A stretch of 64,000 bases of DNA from Prevotella sp. (GTDB taxonomy: Bacteria; Bacteroidota; Bacteroidia; Bacteroidales; Bacteroidaceae): contig JAFUUL010000039.1 of assembly GCA_017483805.1 (NCBI GenBank), positions 2,300 to 66,299 on the forward strand. The letters are read 5' to 3'. Under the pieces are notes generated by a model. That model was not told the origin of the DNA, did no database searches, and saw only the letters and a program-made list of their open reading frames with translations. Both the position numbers and the translations under genes were made by a program. Of the stretch, positions 30,190-43,653 are shown piece by piece; within the stretch, counting starts at the first letter, position 1, and every line of letters starts with the position of its first letter.

Positions 30190-31644
30190 TTATTTCTTCC
30201 GATGGATGAATTTAGCCAGCAGAAAGCCCACCAGGAAGATGGTCATTGTGCCGAATACGATGGCCAGATACTCATGGATGCCGGAGGGTGGCAGTTCGAG
30301 TAACTCGGCTGCTGAGATCCAGGCGATCACGATGAAGCCACAGATGACGCCGATGACGGCATCCACATTCTGCACCCGGCGGGAGATGAAGCCCAGCAGG
30401 AACAGACCCAGCATACCGCCGCTGAAGATGGAGGAGAGTTTCCACCAGGCGTCGAGGACGCCGTCCACGCTGACCAACGCCAGCGAGATGACGATACCCA
30501 GCAGGCCGACGATGATGCTCGACAGGCGCAGCACGATGATATGGCCGTCTTCGCTGCTGTGCTTGGCAAGCGGTTTCCAGTAGTCGGTCAGGATGACGGT
30601 AGCCGCCGAGGTGATGCTGGTGGACACGGTGCTCATGCCTGCGGCAAAGATGCTGGCAATGAGCAGGCCCGTGATGCCGACCGGCAACTGGTGGACGATG
30701 AAGTAGGGGAATACGTAGTCGCCCTTGGTCATGTCTTCAGGCAGCAGACCGGGATAGGCCTTGTAATAGGTATAAAGGGCTGTTCCGATGAGGAAGAAAA
30801 CGGCAGAGACGGGGATGGAGAGCCAGCCGCCAAAGAGGGCCGAGTTGCGAGCGGCGCGGTCGGTCTTGGCCGCATGGTAGCGCTGCACGTAGTTCTGGTC
30901 GATGCCGTAGTTCTGCAGATTGATGAAGATGCCATAGATGAGACACACCCAGAAGGTGGATTCGCCTAGCGAAGTGATGTCGAGTGAGCCCAGCGAGAAC
31001 TTGCCGTCTTCCCAGGCCATCGTGAAGGCCTGCGAAGGCCCTTCAGGCATAGAGAACAGCAGCACGGCCAGACAGGCCAGTGCGCCGCCTATCATGATGA
31101 AGCCCTGGATGGCGTCGGCCCAGATGACGCCGCGCACGCCGCCCAGCATCGAGTAGAAGATGATGGCGATGCTCGTCAGGACAATAATCCAATGGATATC
31201 CCATCCCAGCAGCACATTCATGGGCAGGGCCAGTAGGAACATGATGCTGCCGATGCGGGCTATCTGAGTGAGCAGGTAGCAGGCCGAGGCGTACCAGCGG
31301 GCCCAGCGTCCGAAGCGCTCCTCCAGGAAGGCATAGGCCGAGACGCTGTTCTGCTTTCGATAGAAGGGCACAAACCAGCGGGCGGCAATGTAGGAGGCGA
31401 TGGGTATGGACAGGCTGAAGACAAATGCATTCCAGTCGGAGGTATAGGCCCTGCCAGGATAGCCCAGATAACTGATGCTACTGACATAGGTGGAGAAAAT
31501 GGACATGCCCACCACCCAGGCCGGCAGGCTGCGACTGGCCGCCGTAAACTCGTCGGCCGATGTCTTTTTGCGGAAGAACGAGGCTCCCATCAGGACGATA
31601 CCTCCCGTGAAGGCCAGAAAGATAATGAGGTCAATAGTATGCAT
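30190..31644 (-). CDS. Sodium:solute symporter
   Basis: Multi-TM protein; GGVRGVIWADAIQ, DQNYVQRY, AAGMST. Confidence 0.92.
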   Translation of the reverse strand: MHTIDLIIFLAFTGGIVLMGASFFRKKTSADEFTAASRSLPAWVVGMSIFSTYVSSISYLGYPGRAYTSDWNAFVFSLSIPIASYIAARWFVPFYRKQNSVSAYAFLEERFGRWARWYASACYLLTQIARIGSIMFLLALPMNVLLGWDIHWIIVLTSIAIIFYSMLGGVRGVIWADAIQGFIMIGGALACLAVLLFSMPEGPSQAFTMAWEDGKFSLGSLDITSLGESTFWVCLIYGIFINLQNYGIDQNYVQRYHAAKTDRAARNSALFGGWLSIPVSAVFFLIGTALYTYYKAYPGLLPEDMTKGDYVFPYFIVHQLPVGITGLLIASIFAAGMSTVSTSITSAATVILTDYWKPLAKHSSEDGHIIVLRLSSIIVGLLGIVISLALVSVDGVLDAWWKLSSIFSGGMLGLFLLGFISRRVQNVDAVIGVICGFIVIAWISAAELLELPPSGIHEYLAIVFGTMTIFLVGFLLAKFIHRKK

Positions 31645-31661
31645 CGTGTTAGATTTGTTAT

Positions 31662-33539
31662 TTAGTCAATAGCGTTTCCTGTATAGAGTCGATAGTACTG
31701 TCCGCGCAGGGCCAGCAGTTCCTCGTGAGTGCCGTGTTCGGCTATGCGCCCATGATCGAGCACGATGATCTGGTCGGCATTGCGAACGGTGGAGAGGCGG
31801 TGGGCGATGACGAAGGTGGTGCGTCCCTGCATCAGTGTGTCCATGCCCCGTTGCACCAGTTGTTCTGTGCGTGTGTCGATACTGCTCGTAGCCTCGTCGA
31901 GAATCAGCACAGGCGGGTTGGCCACGGCAGCCCGGGCGATGGCCAGAAGTTGACGCTCACCTTGGGAGAGGTTGCCTCCGTCGCCCTGGAGCATGGTCTG
32001 ATAGCCGTTGGACAGACGACGGATAAAGTCATGGGCACCAACCAGTTGGGCGGCACGTATGCAGTCTTCGTCAGAGGCATCGAGTAGTCCGTAGCGGATA
32101 TTGTCGAGTACGGTACCCGTAAAGAGGTGAGTTTCCTGTAGCACGATGGTCATGCTGCGGCGGAGCGACTGCTTGCGGATATCGGTGATGGGGATGCCGT
32201 CGTAGAGAATCTCTCCCTGCTGGATGTCGTAGAAGCGGTTGATCAGGTTGATGATGGTGGTCTTGCCGGCACCCGTTCCCCCCACGAAGGCTATCTTCTG
32301 GCCAGGGTTGGTGTTGATGTCGATGTCGAAGAGCACCTGTTTCTCTGCCGTATAGCCGAAGTCTACATCGCGGAAGTCGACATCGCCCATTACGTCTTTG
32401 GTTTGGCCATCGGCCATAGCCCATCGTCCATTCTTCAGTTCCACGTGGCCTTCGTCTACTTCCGGCTCAGCATCGCCCAGGGCGAAGACACGCTCGGCAC
32501 CCACCGAGGCGTTCAGCACGGAGTTGATCTGTTGGGACACGTGGCTGATGGGCTGGGTGAAACTCTTGTTCAGTTGCAGGAAGGCAACAATCGTTCCTAA
32601 CGAAATGGATAGCGGGTGATCGATAATAGAGAATTCACCCAGGGCGAGGGCAGCGCCAACGACGGCGATGAGCACGTAGCCCAGATTGCCCAGGTTGCCG
32701 TTGACGGGCATCACGATGTTGGCTATCTTGTTGGCATTGTAGGCCGAGGCGCGCAGTTGTTCGTTGATGGTCTCAAAACGGCTGATGACCTGCTGCTCGT
32801 GGCTAAACACCTTGACCACCTTCTGGCCTGTCATCATCTCCTCCACGAAGCCGTTGACGCTGGCCAGCGACTCCTGTTGGGTGCGGAAATAGCCGCGCGA
32901 CCACTTGCCCAACTTGGTCGTGACAACCATCATGGTGAGGGCGATGAGGATGCTGACGATAGTGAGTGGCACGCTCAATACAATCATCGACGTGAAGGTG
33001 GCCACGATGGTGATGACCGACGAAAAGACCTGCGCCATCGCCGTGGAGATCATCTGTCGCAGTGAGTCTACATCATTGGTATAGACAGACATCAGTTCGC
33101 CGTGGGAATGCTGGTCGAAGTAGGAGATGGGCAGTTGCTCCATCCGCTCGAAGATCTGCTTGCGCAGACGCAGCATGGTGCCTTGCGACACGCGTATCAT
33201 CAGTCGATTGTAGGTGTAGGATGCGATGACGCCCAGCAGCAGGATGAGACCCAACTTGAAGAGCGTCTGCAACAGCGAGGCGTACTCAGGGTTGGCGGTC
33301 TGCGTCAGGGGCACGATGTAGTCATCGATGAGGGTGCGGGTGAAGAGGGTGGAGAAGAGCGACGTGATGCTGGTGACCACGATGCAGAGCAGAACGGTGA
33401 TGATGCTGAACTTATAGTGTCGCACCACGAAGCCGAAGAGCCGCAACAGCACCTGTCGCTGTTGCTTCGATGCCCGCTGGAAACCTGCGTTCTGTCCAGG
33501 ATTGCCCTGTGGCCCCCTGCTGAATGATGGTTGTCTCAT
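31662..33539 (-). CDS. ABC exporter, fused TMD-NBD (consensus half)
   Basis: GGTGAGKT, LSQGERQ, ILDEATS, IAHR. Confidence 0.93.
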   Translation of the reverse strand: MRQPSFSRGPQGNPGQNAGFQRASKQQRQVLLRLFGFVVRHYKFSIITVLLCIVVTSITSLFSTLFTRTLIDDYIVPLTQTANPEYASLLQTLFKLGLILLLGVIASYTYNRLMIRVSQGTMLRLRKQIFERMEQLPISYFDQHSHGELMSVYTNDVDSLRQMISTAMAQVFSSVITIVATFTSMIVLSVPLTIVSILIALTMMVVTTKLGKWSRGYFRTQQESLASVNGFVEEMMTGQKVVKVFSHEQQVISRFETINEQLRASAYNANKIANIVMPVNGNLGNLGYVLIAVVGAALALGEFSIIDHPLSISLGTIVAFLQLNKSFTQPISHVSQQINSVLNASVGAERVFALGDAEPEVDEGHVELKNGRWAMADGQTKDVMGDVDFRDVDFGYTAEKQVLFDIDINTNPGQKIAFVGGTGAGKTTIINLINRFYDIQQGEILYDGIPITDIRKQSLRRSMTIVLQETHLFTGTVLDNIRYGLLDASDEDCIRAAQLVGAHDFIRRLSNGYQTMLQGDGGNLSQGERQLLAIARAAVANPPVLILDEATSSIDTRTEQLVQRGMDTLMQGRTTFVIAHRLSTVRNADQIIVLDHGRIAEHGTHEELLALRGQYYRLYTGNAID

Positions 33540-35305
33540 TGCTCACCTCCTTTCTCTGGCTTGTCGAAGTCGCCAGCGTCCTGCATCTGGATGTCGTAGA
33601 TCTCGCGGTAAAGCGGATTGCTCTCCAGCAGACGGTCGTGGGTGTCGAATCCGGTTATCATGCCGTTGTCCATCACGAGGATGCGGTCACAGTCTCTCAC
33701 GCTGGAGATGCGCTGTGCGATGATGAGTTTCGTCATCTGGGGCAGTTCCTCGCGGAAGGCTTTCTGTATGAGGGCATCTGTGCGGGTGTCGCAGGCCGAT
33801 GTGGAATCGTCAAGGACCAGTATCTGCGGTTGTTTTAGCAGGGCACGCGCAATGCAGAGGCGCTGCTTCTGTCCGCCCGACACGTTGGTGCCACCCTGTT
33901 CGATGCGGGTGTCGTAGCCTTGGGGCATCTCGCTGATGAACTCATCGGCCTGAGCCAGTCGACAGGCCCTGCGACATTCGTCGAGGGTGGCGTCAGTCTT
34001 GCCCCAGCGCAGGTTGTCGAGAATGCTGCCGCTGAAGAGCATATTCTGTTGGAGTACCACCGACACAGCGTTGCGCAGCGTCGTCAGGTCGTAGTCCTTC
34101 ACGTTGTGGCCTCCCACCAGCACCTCGCCCTTGGTGGAGTCGTAGAGACGGCTGATGAGGTTGACCAGCGTCGACTTGCCAGAGCCCGTACCGCCGATGA
34201 TGCCGATGGTCTCTCCGCTGCGGATGCTGAACGAGGCATTGTAGAGTGCCGAACGCTTGTGGCCTTGCTGCTCCTCCGTGTGATAGTCGAAGCGCACCTT
34301 ACGGAACTCGATGCTGCCGTCTTCAACCTGGGTGAGGGGATGGTCGGGGTTGGTGATGCTGGCTTCCTGCTCGATGACGGCACTCACGCGCTTGGCTGCT
34401 GCCGCGCTCTGGGTGAGCATGACGAAAATCATCGAGAGCATCATCAGTGCCTGCAGGATAGACATCACGTAGGTGAACAGCGAGGTCAGTTCGCCAGTGG
34501 TTAGCGACCCCTCTACGATGAAATGGGCACCCCACCACGATAGGGCGATGATGCAGCCGTAGATGACCATGTTCATCACAGGATGGTTCAGTGCCATCAG
34601 GCTCTCAGCCTTCGAGTAGAGCCTGTACAGCCCTTCGGCGGCGCGGGCAAACTTCTGGTTCTCATAGTCCTCACGCACAAAGGCCTTCACCACGCGGATG
34701 GCACTGACGTTTTCCTGCACGCTCTGGTTCAGTTGGTCGTAGCGCTCGAACACCTGCTGGAACAGTCGCGATACGCGCGATATAATAAGGTATAGGGAGA
34801 CGGAGAGCACCAGCATGGCCACGATGAAAATGAGCGACAGCCGCGGGTCGATGACCAGGCACATCACGATGCTGAGCAGTAGGCGGAAGGGAGCGCGTAC
34901 CGTCACGCGCAGAATCTGCTGGAAGGCATTCTGCAGGCTGTTGACGTCGGTGGTCATGCGGGTCACCAGTCCAGAGGTGCTGTATTTGTCGATGTCCTGG
35001 AACGAGAAGGTCTGAATATTGCGATACATGGCCAGTCGCAGGTTGGCGGCGAAGCCCGTGGAGGCATAGGCCGACACCCGTCCGGCCAGGATGCCGAAGA
35101 GGAGCGACAGACAGGCCATGAGCACCATCAGCGCGCCGTATTTATAGATGGCCTGCATGTCGCCGGCGTTGATGCCCAGGTCGATGAGCGAGGCCGTCAC
35201 GTAGGGTATCATGACGTCCATCACCACTTCGAGGGCGGTCAGCAGCGGCGTGGCCAGGGCGGCTCCCTTGTATTGGCCTATTTGGTTGTAGAGTGTTCGC
35301 AACAT
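33536..35305 (-). CDS. ABC exporter, fused TMD-NBD (degenerate half of a heterodimer)
   Basis: GGTGSGKS, VSGGQKQ; degenerate LDDSTS and IAQR. Confidence 0.93.
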   Translation of the reverse strand: MLRTLYNQIGQYKGAALATPLLTALEVVMDVMIPYVTASLIDLGINAGDMQAIYKYGALMVLMACLSLLFGILAGRVSAYASTGFAANLRLAMYRNIQTFSFQDIDKYSTSGLVTRMTTDVNSLQNAFQQILRVTVRAPFRLLLSIVMCLVIDPRLSLIFIVAMLVLSVSLYLIISRVSRLFQQVFERYDQLNQSVQENVSAIRVVKAFVREDYENQKFARAAEGLYRLYSKAESLMALNHPVMNMVIYGCIIALSWWGAHFIVEGSLTTGELTSLFTYVMSILQALMMLSMIFVMLTQSAAAAKRVSAVIEQEASITNPDHPLTQVEDGSIEFRKVRFDYHTEEQQGHKRSALYNASFSIRSGETIGIIGGTGSGKSTLVNLISRLYDSTKGEVLVGGHNVKDYDLTTLRNAVSVVLQQNMLFSGSILDNLRWGKTDATLDECRRACRLAQADEFISEMPQGYDTRIEQGGTNVSGGQKQRLCIARALLKQPQILVLDDSTSACDTRTDALIQKAFREELPQMTKLIIAQRISSVRDCDRILVMDNGMITGFDTHDRLLESNPLYREIYDIQMQDAGDFDKPEKGGEQ

Positions 35306-35320
35306 AGTCTTTGTGTGTGG

Positions 35321-38201
<2,881 letters not shown>

Positions 38202-38209
<8 letters not shown>

Positions 38210-38909
38210 TGCCGCCACCACTGGTTCCTGTTCCTTGTATGTATTTCCTCAGCAGGTTCACGTCCTTGCGGATGTTGTATTCCCTGCCGTCGGCCCCAGT
38301 GGCCTTCACCAGCACAAAGTAGGTGCCGTCCTTCACGTCCTTGCCCTTGTAGGTGCCGTCCCATCCGCCTGCAGGGTCAGTCCATTCGTAGAGTTTCTGT
38401 CCCCAGCGGTTCAGGATGTAGGCGTGGAACTTCACGATGCTGCGATAGCCCTCCTTGGCCTGGTAAATGTCGTTGATGCCGTCGCCGTTGGGCGAGAAGG
38501 CGTTGGGAAACTCCAGTTTGCTCTCTGGAATGGTGACGGTGAGCGTCACAGAGTCCAGTTCGGCCCCGTTGTTGTCCAGTTTCGTCTTCAGCACGATGTT
38601 GTACGTGCCCGAATCGGCAAAGGTGTACTGCGTCTCCTCCTCGTAGCGCACGAAGAGTTCCACGTAGCCCTGGTTCAGGTTCTGTCGGCGGAAGTGCCAC
38701 TCGTAGGAGGGTGTGTAGTCGCCCATCTCCTCAGGGTTGGCCCTGAAGGTGACGTCGAGCGGTGCCTCGCCATCGTCGATGCTGGTAGTCTCGACGGTTG
38801 TCATCTCCTTGCTGTCGTAGTAGTAGGCCAGCGGATTTACCTTCTGTGCGAGGCCTGCTAAGGGCATGAAACAGACCACGGAGAGCAGAAATATTACTTT
38901 CTTTTTCAT
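38202..38909 (-). CDS. T9SS type B CTD (gliding-motility C-terminal domain) protein
   Basis: Signal peptide; FPNAFSPNGDGIND, NRWG, GWDG, GTYF. Confidence 0.88.
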
Positions 38910-38984
38910 TTTCTTGTGGTTTAAAGTGCAAAGATACAAACATTTTTTGTACTTTTGTAGGCGAAAACCGAAAAAATCGCGATT

Positions 38985-40307
38985 ATGGGAAAAATATTAA
39001 GATATTTTTGGGTATTGTTCCTCTTCTTGGGGACAAGTGTAATGGCCCAGCAGGTCACCGTACCGCACAAAGTCAAGAAGAAAGAGACCGTCTATGGCAT
39101 TGCCCATAGTTACGGCATCACCGAGGAGCAACTCCGCCAGGCCAATCCTGGCATGGAGAGTCCTGACTATCAGTTGAAGAAGGGCGACGTCATCCTCATT
39201 CCTGTCATTACGAACGGCCCGTCGACGAATGCCGGCTCCAAGCAGCCCGTGGGTGCGCGCATCCGACTGGGCGTGATGCTGCCCCTGCATAGCGTGAACA
39301 ACGACGGCAAGCGCATGGTGGAGTACTACCGCGGCGTGCTGATGGCCTGCGACACGCTGAAGAAGGAGGGCGTATCCGTCGACGTCTATGCCTGGAACCT
39401 GCCCGAGGACGGCAACGTGCAGGCCATACTGAAGGACCCTAACGCCAAGAAGTGCGACCTGATCATCGGGCCGCTCTACTCGAAGTATATGTCGGCCCTC
39501 TCGTCGTTTGCCGAGAGCAACGACATCCTGCTGGTCGTGCCTTTCTCAATCCACGCGCCAGAACTGTATGTCAACCGCCACATCTTCCAGATCTATCAGA
39601 CGCCTGACGAACTGACGGAGGTCACGGCTCGCCGCTGTGCCGACTGGTTTGGCGACTACCATTTCGTCATCGTCGACTGTGCCGACTCCACCAGCACGAA
39701 GGGCTCGTTCACGGCCATGCTTCGCCGCCAACTGGAGGTGAAGGACCGCCAGTACAGCCTGACCAGCCTAAAGTCGAGCGATGCCAACTTCTTTGGGGCC
39801 TTCTTGAAGAACACGCCCAACCTGGTGGTGCTCAACACGGCCCGCTCGCCAGAACTGCTGCAGACGCTCAGCCGCCTGAACGCCATCCGTCAGGCCAATC
39901 CTGACGTGATGATCTCCCTCTTCGGCTACACCGAGTGGCTCATGTATGTGGGTCACCAGCAGGAGAACTTCCACAAGTATGACACCTACATCCCCTCCTA
40001 TTTCTACACCAACCTGCAGACACCCCAGTCGCTTAGCCTGCAGCGCCGCTACCAGGCCCATTTCCATCAGGACATGATGCCCTCGCTGCCCCGCTTTGCG
40101 CTGGCCGGCTTCGACCATGCCCTGTTCTTCCTACGCGGCCTGCACAAGTATGGCAAGACCTTCGACGGCGCAGCCGGACGCTTCGGCTACCTGCCAGTGC
40201 AGAATCCGCTGAAGTTCGAGCGTATAGGCAACGGCGGCCTGCAGAACCGCTCCTACATGTTCGTACACTACAAGCCCGATCACACCATTGAGACCGTCAA
40301 CTACTAA
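38985..40307 (+). CDS. LysM plus periplasmic-binding-protein-like domain protein
   Basis: Signal peptide; HKVKKKETVYGIA...LRQANP LysM; DLIIGP. Confidence 0.85.
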   Translation: MGKILRYFWVLFLFLGTSVMAQQVTVPHKVKKKETVYGIAHSYGITEEQLRQANPGMESPDYQLKKGDVILIPVITNGPSTNAGSKQPVGARIRLGVMLPLHSVNNDGKRMVEYYRGVLMACDTLKKEGVSVDVYAWNLPEDGNVQAILKDPNAKKCDLIIGPLYSKYMSALSSFAESNDILLVVPFSIHAPELYVNRHIFQIYQTPDELTEVTARRCADWFGDYHFVIVDCADSTSTKGSFTAMLRRQLEVKDRQYSLTSLKSSDANFFGAFLKNTPNLVVLNTARSPELLQTLSRLNAIRQANPDVMISLFGYTEWLMYVGHQQENFHKYDTYIPSYFYTNLQTPQSLSLQRRYQAHFHQDMMPSLPRFALAGFDHALFFLRGLHKYGKTFDGAAGRFGYLPVQNPLKFERIGNGGLQNRSYMFVHYKPDHTIETVNY

Positions 40308-40311
40308 GGCC

Positions 40312-41052
40312 ATGCGACGCATCTTGCCATTCATACTCCTGCTCTCCGTCATGCCTCTTGCCGCCTTGGCGCAGGTGGGCGAGCATCGCAGCGAACTGGC
40401 CGTGGGCTTCAGCGGCGGCTATGTGCTCAGCCAGATAGGCTTCACGCCGGAGGTCAACCAGTCGCAGCACGGCGGGCTGACGGGAGGCATCACCGTGCGC
40501 TACACGTCGGAGAAATACTTCAACAGCATCTGCGCCATCGTGGGCGAACTGAACTACGCGCAGATAGGCTGGAAGGAGAAGATACTGGATGCCGACGACC
40601 AGCCCATCGTCAACTCAGCCACTGGCTTGGCCGAGGCCTACCAGCGCGACATGGCCTACGTGCAGATGCCCGTCTTTGCCCGTCTGGGGTGGGGGCGCGA
40701 GCGCCGTGGCGTGCAGTTCTTCGTGCAGGCAGGCCCGCAGTTGGGCCTCTTCCTCAACGAGAGCACGCAGAAGAACTACGACCGCACGGAGCGCACGCTG
40801 GGCGTGACGGCCCAGGACACGATGGCCGTAGAGAACCGCTTCGACTTCGGCATCACAGCAGGGCTGGGCCTGGAGTTCTCTCATCCCAAGGCTGGCCACT
40901 TCATGCTGGAGGGCCGCTACTACTACGGCCTGGGCGACATCTACGGCAACTCGAAGCGCGACTATTTTGCACGCTCCAACTTCATGAACATCACGGTCAA
41001 GTTGACCTATCTCTTTGATATCAGCAGAACCAAAAACTCTAAAATCAAATAG
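40312..41052 (+). CDS. Outer-membrane beta-barrel (PorT-like porin family)
   Basis: Signal peptide; amphipathic strands; LEGRYYYGL. Confidence 0.8.
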   Translation: MRRILPFILLLSVMPLAALAQVGEHRSELAVGFSGGYVLSQIGFTPEVNQSQHGGLTGGITVRYTSEKYFNSICAIVGELNYAQIGWKEKILDADDQPIVNSATGLAEAYQRDMAYVQMPVFARLGWGRERRGVQFFVQAGPQLGLFLNESTQKNYDRTERTLGVTAQDTMAVENRFDFGITAGLGLEFSHPKAGHFMLEGRYYYGLGDIYGNSKRDYFARSNFMNITVKLTYLFDISRTKNSKIK

Positions 41053-41054
41053 TT

Positions 41055-42614
41055 ATGTTTAAAAATCATCCCAAGGGCCTGCTCCTTGCAGCCCTCAGCA
41101 ACATGGGCGAGCGCTTCGGCTACTACATCATGAATGCCGTGCTGGTGCTCTTCCTCTGCTCCAAGTTCGGCCTCTCCGACGAGAACGGCACGTTGATCTA
41201 CTCCTTCTTCTACGCAGGCATCTACATCCTGAGCCTGGTGGGCGGCATCATTGCCGACCGCACGCAGAACTACAAGGGCACCATCATGTCGGGCCTGGTC
41301 ATCATGGCCACGGGCTACGTCATCCTCTCCGTGCCCATCCTCTCGACGGCCGACAACATCTCGTGGTTGCTGCCGCTCACGTGCGTGGCCCTGTTCCTCA
41401 TCGCCTTCGGTAATGGTCTCTTCAAGGGCAACCTGCAGGCCATCGTAGGCCAGATGTACGACAACTTCGAGGCCGAGGCCGCCAAGAAGGGTGAGGAGGC
41501 CCTGCGCATTGCCCGCGGACAGCGCGACTCCGGCTTCCAGATCTTCTATGTGTTCATCAACGTGGGCGGACTCATTGCCCCCTTCGTGGCTCCCTTCCTG
41601 CGCGAGTGGTGGCTCAAGCAGAACGGCCTGCGCTATGATGCAGGTCTGCCTGCCCTGTGCCATCAGTACCTGAACGACGGCGCTCAGATGGCTGGCGACG
41701 CCATGAACAACCTGACCGAACTGGTGGGCAAGGTGGGCGGTTCGACGGCCGACCTGAGCCAGTTCTGCACGCAGTATCTCGACGTGTTCAACACGGGCAT
41801 CCACTATTCCTTCGTGGCATCGGTGGTGGCCATGCTCATCTCGCTGGTCATCTTCATGTACTCGCGCAAGATATTCCCCACGCCAGGCAAGAAAGAGGCC
41901 AAGGCCGTGGAGAACTACACCGAGGAGGAACGCCAGTCGATGGCCAAGGAGATCAAGCAGCGCATGTACGCCCTCTTCGCCGTGCTGGGCATTGCCGTCT
42001 TCTTCTGGTTCTCGTTCCATCAGAACGGCACGTCGATGTCGCTCTTTGCGCGCGACTTCGTGGTGACCGACTCCATCGCTCCTGAGATCTGGCAGGCCGT
42101 CAATCCCTTCTTCGTCATCGTGCTCACGCCCATCGTCATGTGGCTGTTCGGCATGCTCATCCGTCGCGGCAAGGAGATTTCCACGCCCATGAAGATTGCC
42201 TATGGCATGGGCATTGCGGGCGTGGCCTATCTATTCATCACCGTCTACTCCTACCTGCAGGGCTATCCCTCGGCCGAGGAGTTCAAGTCGCTCAGCGATG
42301 CCGCCAAGGCCACGGTGAAGGCTGGCCCCTGGGTGCTCATCGTCTACTATTTCTTCATGACCGTGGCCGAACTGTTTATCTCGCCCCTGGGCCTCTCGTT
42401 TGTGTCGAAGGTGGCCCCCAAGCACCTGCAGGGTCTCTGCCAGGGCCTGTGGCTCGGCGCAACGGCCGTGGGCAACCTGCTGCTCTGGATAGGCCCGCTG
42501 ATGTACAACAAGTGGCCCATCTGGATCTGCTGGACCGTCTTCCTGGCCGTGTGCTTCATCTCCATGGGCGTCATGCTCGGCATGGTGAAGTGGCTGGAGA
42601 GGGTCACGAAATAG
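41055..42614 (+). CDS. POT/PTR peptide MFS transporter
   Basis: ERFGYY, GNGLFKGN, AELFISPLG. Confidence 0.93.
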   Translation: MFKNHPKGLLLAALSNMGERFGYYIMNAVLVLFLCSKFGLSDENGTLIYSFFYAGIYILSLVGGIIADRTQNYKGTIMSGLVIMATGYVILSVPILSTADNISWLLPLTCVALFLIAFGNGLFKGNLQAIVGQMYDNFEAEAAKKGEEALRIARGQRDSGFQIFYVFINVGGLIAPFVAPFLREWWLKQNGLRYDAGLPALCHQYLNDGAQMAGDAMNNLTELVGKVGGSTADLSQFCTQYLDVFNTGIHYSFVASVVAMLISLVIFMYSRKIFPTPGKKEAKAVENYTEEERQSMAKEIKQRMYALFAVLGIAVFFWFSFHQNGTSMSLFARDFVVTDSIAPEIWQAVNPFFVIVLTPIVMWLFGMLIRRGKEISTPMKIAYGMGIAGVAYLFITVYSYLQGYPSAEEFKSLSDAAKATVKAGPWVLIVYYFFMTVAELFISPLGLSFVSKVAPKHLQGLCQGLWLGATAVGNLLLWIGPLMYNKWPIWICWTVFLAVCFISMGVMLGMVKWLERVTK

Positions 42615-42741
42615 TTTATAGTGAATAGTTAATAGTGAATAGTTTGCTGCCGCTATGATGTTGAGGCGACTTGTGCTGACCAGTGCCTTGCTATGGAGCG
42701 CGGCAGCAAACTATTCACTATTCACTATTGACTCTTCACTC
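42612..42741. repeat. Inverted pair of heptamer-tailed elements spanning the start of the EEP gene
   Basis: (tagtNNa)4-tagtttgctgccgc at 42612-42653, versus gcggcagcaaacta-(ttcacta)n at 42700-42741. Confidence 0.82.
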
Positions 42742-43653
42742 ATAAAAGCGCAGACGTTCACCCTTGTTGAACTGAATTGTGAGAACCTCTTCGACGCACG
42801 CCACGACTCGCTGAAGCACGACCAGGAATATCTGCCCGACGGCACGCGCCACTGGACTCACGGCAGATACTGGCAGAAGGTGAACGCCATCGGGCAGGAG
42901 ATACTCGCCGCAAGCGACTCGCTGCCAGACCTGGTGGCTCTGGTCGAGGTGGAGAACGACTCCGTACTCCATGCCCTGACGCGCCGCTCGCTGCTCGCCA
43001 ATGCAGGCTATCAGTATCTGATGACCTCGTCGCCCGACGTGCGCGGCATCGATGTGGCGCTGCTCTATCTGCCCCGTCGCTTCACCCTGCTCGGCCATGA
43101 GAGCATAGGCGTGCCCCTCTCCGCCGACCAGCGACCCACGCGCGACATATTATATATAAAAGGTGTCATCGGCTCCGTGGACACTCTCCATGTCTACGTG
43201 GTTCATGCTCCCAGCCGCTGGGGCGGCGAACGGCGCACCAGGCCCAATCGCCTTCGGGTGGCAGAAGTCATGAGCCGACATATTCAGACGCTCGGCCCGC
43301 AGGCCCGTGTGGTGGTGGCAGGCGACTTCAACGACTATGCCGACAGCCCCTCGCTGCAGTATCTCTATCGTCAGGGGCTGACCAACGTCACGGCCCGTGC
43401 GCGTGGCAGTCACGGCGGTGCCCGCGGCACCTATCGCTTCCGTGGCGAGTGGCGCTCCATCGACCATGTGCTGGCCTCGCCGCCTTTGGCTGCGCGAGTG
43501 GACAGCGTCTACATCCACGACGCTCCTTTCCTGCTGGAGGATGACGACCGGTACGGCGGCCGCAAGCCCCGTCGCACCTTCCAGGGCTATCGCTATCAGC
43601 CTCCCGGCTTCAGCGACCATCTGCCCCTTGTGGTCTGCTTCTCAGCAGAGTAG
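42655..43653 (+). CDS. Endonuclease/exonuclease/phosphatase family protein, probably exported
   Basis: NCENLFD, EVEN, RGIDVAL, GDFND, SDHLP. Confidence 0.9.
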   Translation: MMLRRLVLTSALLWSAAANYSLFTIDSSLIKAQTFTLVELNCENLFDARHDSLKHDQEYLPDGTRHWTHGRYWQKVNAIGQEILAASDSLPDLVALVEVENDSVLHALTRRSLLANAGYQYLMTSSPDVRGIDVALLYLPRRFTLLGHESIGVPLSADQRPTRDILYIKGVIGSVDTLHVYVVHAPSRWGGERRTRPNRLRVAEVMSRHIQTLGPQARVVVAGDFNDYADSPSLQYLYRQGLTNVTARARGSHGGARGTYRFRGEWRSIDHVLASPPLAARVDSVYIHDAPFLLEDDDRYGGRKPRRTFQGYRYQPPGFSDHLPLVVCFSAE

